From assembly GCA_963803435.1 (NCBI GenBank), contig CAWDML010000007.1:1-64000 (forward strand): a stretch of DNA of 64,000 bases, written 5' to 3'. The position numbers and the translations under genes were made by a program. The notes below the pieces were generated by a model that was given only the letters and a program-made list of their open reading frames with translations, ran no database searches and had not been told where the DNA came from. Shown here piece by piece: positions 60,469 through 64,000 of this stretch. This DNA comes from an uncultured delta proteobacterium. GTDB lineage: Bacteria; Myxococcota; Kuafuiibacteriia; Kuafuiibacteriales; Kuafuiibacteriaceae. Positions within the stretch are counted from its first letter, which is position 1. Each line of letters opens with the position of its first letter.

Positions 60469-61041
60469 ATGAGCTTCGAGAGACAGATGCGCATCATCCT
60501 CGACGACGACGCGAGCGAAGCAGAGCGGATCGCCGCGGTGGAGGTGCTCCGCGCCACCAAGCCGGTGGCAGCGGTGCTCCCGCTGGCGCTCCAGCTCCCG
60601 CGCGTCGAGGACCAGCTGAAGGCGGCCATCCGCGAGGCGCTCATCGAGATGGACGGCCCCGCGACGATCGCGATGGACCTCGAGTCCGACGACGACGACG
60701 TCCGGATCCGCGCCGCCGAGAGCCTGGCGCTGATCCCCGCGCCCTCCGGGGTGGCTCCGCTCCTCCGCGCGCTCGCGGATCCGGTGGCTCGCGTGCGCGA
60801 GCTGGCGGCGTCGGCGCTCGGCCTCTATGCGGATCGAAGCGCGGTAGCACCGCTCTGTACGCTGCTCGCCTCCGATCCCGATCCCGACGTCCGCTCCGCT
60901 GCGGCCCAGTCGCTCGGGCACCTCTCCGGCGGGGTCGCGCTGGAGGCCCTCGAGATGGCGTACGACCGGGATCCCGACGACTTCGCACGCATCCTGATCG
61001 GCGAGGCCCTCACCCGCATCCGCGAGTCGGTCACCGCTTGA
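60469..61041 (+). CDS. HEAT-repeat protein
   Basis: D..VRIRAAESL, DPVARVRELAASALG, DPDVRSAAAQSLG. Confidence 0.8.
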   Translation: MSFERQMRIILDDDASEAERIAAVEVLRATKPVAAVLPLALQLPRVEDQLKAAIREALIEMDGPATIAMDLESDDDDVRIRAAESLALIPAPSGVAPLLRALADPVARVRELAASALGLYADRSAVAPLCTLLASDPDPDVRSAAAQSLGHLSGGVALEALEMAYDRDPDDFARILIGEALTRIRESVTA

Positions 61042-61072
61042 CGTCTCGGACCCCGTCCGCGAGGAGTGCGGG

Positions 61073-61276
61073 ATGAGCGAGTCCGACGAGCGCATGACGG
61101 AGCTCGAGCTCCGCTACCTCCACCAGCAGGAGCTCCTCGAGCAGCTGAACGACGAGCTGGTGAAGGCCAACCGGACGATCGAGATCCTGGAGAAGCGCGT
61201 GGTTCGGCTCGAGTCCACCGTCGAGGGCCTCGCGTCCGCGAGCACGCCGGGCAACGAGAAGCCTCCGCACTATTGA
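61073..61276 (+). CDS. slyX: SlyX family protein
   Basis: RMTELELR..Q..LEQLND..NEKPPHY. Confidence 0.9.
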   Translation: MSESDERMTELELRYLHQQELLEQLNDELVKANRTIEILEKRVVRLESTVEGLASASTPGNEKPPHY

Positions 61277-61279
61277 GCG

Positions 61280-62401
61280 CTACTCGCTCGCCTCCTCGTA
61301 CGCTTCGGCGGGCTCCTCGGCCTCGCCCCAGTAACAGAACTCGAACTTGAGATACCGCGGGTTCACCTTCCCCCGCGCCGCCAGCTTCTCCACGCGGTAC
61401 AGCGCCAGATCCTGCAGGCGGCGCAGCTTGATCTCGTCGAGCTCGTCGACCTCGTTGAGGCGGTAGACGTAGTTGCGCAACAGGCGGCCGTGCGACTTGG
61501 GGATCCGCTGCGCCAGCTGCTGCACGAACGCCGGCCGCTCGGCGCGAACCGCCTTGGCCAGCCGGAACAGGCCTGCCTTCTGGAGGATCTCCTTGGTGAA
61601 CCGCTCCTTCGCCTCGCCCAGCTCGACGCCGCGAGCCTCGTCGAGCTTGAGACCGATCAACATCTTCGACAGGAAGTCGTTGGCGTCGTTGATGTCCATG
61701 GCATCGCGCTCTTCTGTCTCCTTGACCGCGCCGATCAGCTCCTCGGCCGCCTGCCGGCCCAGCTTGGTGCAGAGCTCCGCCAGCTTGCGGCGCCCCACCG
61801 TGAGGAACGCCGAGGCCAGCTCCTCGATGCCGAGCGCGCGGACCAGCTGCACCAGCTCCCGTGCGTCGAGGAGCGCGATGTCCTTGAAGTAGAAGTTGGT
61901 GGGCTCGCTGGGCGGAGCGAGCATCGTGACGAACTTCGCCTCGAACTTCTGCCGGATCACCCGCATGATCTCGAGCTTCGTGCCGGCGAGGTCCTCCTTG
62001 GCAGGCACCTTCGCGCGCACCGCCGGCGGCAAGCTCTGCAGGATCCGACTCCGAGCGGTCTGGTTGAGCTGCGCCAGGATGATCCCGATCGTGAGGGGCT
62101 GCTCACCCTTGATACCCGAGAGCAACCAGGTGGGATCGATCGCCTCCAGCCCCGCGATCCCGGCGAACTGGATCTGCCGGCGCATCTCTCCGACGATCAC
62201 CGCGGCCCGCCGGTGCCCCTCGATCTGGAGGATCTGCTCGGCCTTCTCCTGCAACAGATACGCGTCGTCGTCGGCAAGGAGCTCGAGGATCTGGAGATCG
62301 TCCGCGCCACCCTGCGTGAAGATGGTGGTGAGGAGCATCGTCTGCCGCGGGGACAGCGGATAGAAGATGTTCGCGTAGGGTCCCGCCTTCGGAGAGACCA
62401 C
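61280..62401 (-). CDS. FliG-like / SctK-position T3SS-associated protein
   Basis: IDPTWL..GEQPLTIGIILAQL resembles the FliG middle-domain EHPQ motif; FKDIALLDAREL resembles FliG-C; 4 nt after sctJ. Confidence 0.55.
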   Translation of the reverse strand: MVSPKAGPYANIFYPLSPRQTMLLTTIFTQGGADDLQILELLADDDAYLLQEKAEQILQIEGHRRAAVIVGEMRRQIQFAGIAGLEAIDPTWLLSGIKGEQPLTIGIILAQLNQTARSRILQSLPPAVRAKVPAKEDLAGTKLEIMRVIRQKFEAKFVTMLAPPSEPTNFYFKDIALLDARELVQLVRALGIEELASAFLTVGRRKLAELCTKLGRQAAEELIGAVKETEERDAMDINDANDFLSKMLIGLKLDEARGVELGEAKERFTKEILQKAGLFRLAKAVRAERPAFVQQLAQRIPKSHGRLLRNYVYRLNEVDELDEIKLRRLQDLALYRVEKLAARGKVNPRYLKFEFCYWGEAEEPAEAYEEASE

Positions 62402-62405
62402 TCAG

Positions 62406-63254
62406 CTACTTCCTGACACGCTCGAACTGAGCGGTGAGCCGGGTCAGATCCTTGCGATAGCGCATCGCGCGGAGCACCGCGATCACCGCCATGCCCGCCA
62501 GCAGACCCGCGACGATGACGGCCCCGATGATGATGTTGATGACCTTGCGCTTGTTGCCATCGCAAACGTCGATGTTGAGGACGCGCTCCTTCTTCTGACA
62601 GCCGATCCCCGGATCGATGATCGGCGCCGAGGGCTTGCTTCCGCCCACCATCTCGTTCGTGGTTTGCGACGGGATCATGGCCACGTGGACCTCGTTGGCC
62701 TTAATCTTGGGGAGGCGCGCCTGCACGAACTTCTGCACGTCCTCGGCGGAGATCGGAGGCGGACCGCCGGCGCTGTTCGTCCGGTACTGGAGGATCACCG
62801 ACGCCTTGGGGCGCGGCGGCTCCTCGTTGATGTCCCGGAGTGGATTGTCCGGCGGCAGCGTCACCGAGACCTGGGCATCGACGATGTCGGGGATGGTACG
62901 GAGCGCGTTCATGAGATCGCCCATGATGCCGACCTCGCGCTTGGTCCGCTCTTGCTCGGCGGTCGGGATCATGCCGCTGTTCTGCACCATCGAGGCGCTG
63001 TCCTCCTTGGGCTCCTCCGGGAGGTTGTGCTCTTGGAGGATCCCGAGGGCCTGCGCCTTGTCGTCGACCGCCACCATGATGTTGAAGGCCAGCTCGCGGG
63101 ACTCCTCGTCCTTCACCTTCTGGGCGTCGATGCCGCTGGTCTCGAGCAGCAGCACGATCTTGTTGGCGTTCTTCTCCGTCTGCTTGTGCGCGATGGTCTC
63201 CTGCGCGCAGGAGGCGAGGAGGAGCCCCATCAACAGCAAACCGACGCTTCGCAT
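62406..63254 (-). CDS. sctJ: Type III secretion inner-membrane ring lipoprotein (YscJ/HrcJ family)
   Basis: Lipobox LASC, EKNANKIV.LL..GIDA.K, LP, MIPTAEQE, IVDAQVSV, KASV, C-terminal TM. Confidence 0.85.
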   Translation of the reverse strand: MRSVGLLLMGLLLASCAQETIAHKQTEKNANKIVLLLETSGIDAQKVKDEESRELAFNIMVAVDDKAQALGILQEHNLPEEPKEDSASMVQNSGMIPTAEQERTKREVGIMGDLMNALRTIPDIVDAQVSVTLPPDNPLRDINEEPPRPKASVILQYRTNSAGGPPPISAEDVQKFVQARLPKIKANEVHVAMIPSQTTNEMVGGSKPSAPIIDPGIGCQKKERVLNIDVCDGNKRKVINIIIGAVIVAGLLAGMAVIAVLRAMRYRKDLTRLTAQFERVRK

Positions 63255-63270
63255 CGTTCGATTGAGTATC

Positions 63271-64000
63271 CTAATTGCCGCCTCCCGTCACGGCCGAGCC
63301 GCCCAGCGCAAGGATCGACAGCAGATCCTGGTCGTTGAAGCGGACGCCGGCCCCGACGAAATAGTCGATCGTCCCGATGTTGAACGCGTCGTCCACACCG
63401 GCGTGTAAATAGATGTGCGGGATGATCTCGACCAGGGCCAGCCCTTTGATGCGCGGAAGCCGCGACTCCTCTCCGAACCGGTTCAGGTCGAAGTAGAACT
63501 CCAGTCGGTCGTCCAGGAAGTGGAAGTCGGCTCCCACGCCGCCGGTCCCCTCGATGATCCCGAAGCGGAGACCCAGCCAGTAGAAGCGCTTCCCGAACAG
63601 GAGCGAGAAGCTGAGCTTGTCGCTGGTGGTGGTGCGCCGCTCTCGATACTGAAACGCCCGCCCCAGCTCGGGTGAGGTGGTCTCGACGTCCTCGATCACC
63701 GTCTCGCGGACGCCGCGCGGATCATCGACGACCTCGAAGATGTAGTAGGCGTCCTCCTTGGGCTGCAGCTTGAACTGCACGTAGTTCTTCGCGGCGCCGG
63801 TGCGGAACTGGAACTCGCTCCGCAGGTTCACCCAGGTCTGCATCCGGGCGACGCCGCCGATGACCTTGTTGACGCCCTCGACGGCGTCCTTGATCCCCTC
63901 GTGGATACTGGGATCGTTCACCAGGCCGCCCACGGTGCCCTCACCTTCGTCGATCTTCTGCGTGATCGACGCGATGTTCTCGAGCGAGCGGTTCATGGTG
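63271..64000 (-). CDS. MlaD/MCE-family protein, C-terminal part (runs off window)
   Basis: NIASITQKIDEGEGTVGGLVND helical repeat followed by a beta-rich C-terminus. Confidence 0.7.
   Translation of the reverse strand, partial: TMNRSLENIASITQKIDEGEGTVGGLVNDPSIHEGIKDAVEGVNKVIGGVARMQTWVNLRSEFQFRTGAAKNYVQFKLQPKEDAYYIFEVVDDPRGVRETVIEDVETTSPELGRAFQYRERRTTTSDKLSFSLLFGKRFYWLGLRFGIIEGTGGVGADFHFLDDRLEFYFDLNRFGEESRLPRIKGLALVEIIPHIYLHAGVDDAFNIGTIDYFVGAGVRFNDQDLLSILALGGSAVTGGGN

Overview
High-GC (~70% by eye) bacterial chromosome segment whose gene content points to Myxococcota (Cys-rich repeat surface protein, ECF sigma/anti-sigma module, Ser/Thr kinase, MshEN protein, T3SS SctJ). Housekeeping blocks: thrB, holB-metG-tatD, metK, lptB-rpoN-hpf-ptsN-hprK-rapZ-PTS, an lpxL-like gene, slyX and a partial mlaD. 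Accessory content: a Wadjet/Mks-type jetABC operon with no adjacent jetD; a surface-glycan cluster; two copies of a non-autonomous element (~65-bp terminal inverted repeats, 4-bp CNAG target duplications) carrying a four-helix-bundle (Avd/IVP-like) gene and an IS1182 fragment; a divergent SecY-like gene; an EIIB-HPr fusion; three tandem sigma54-box-like motifs upstream of rpoN; a haem-porin plus cupredoxin-dihaem pair; a perfect 72-bp x5 tandem repeat; and an orphan sctJ plus FliG-like pair. Several genes, including metK, carry single-base frameshifts, most likely assembly errors. No rRNA, tRNA or CRISPR array was seen. All family assignments come from motif recognition by eye; no searches were run.
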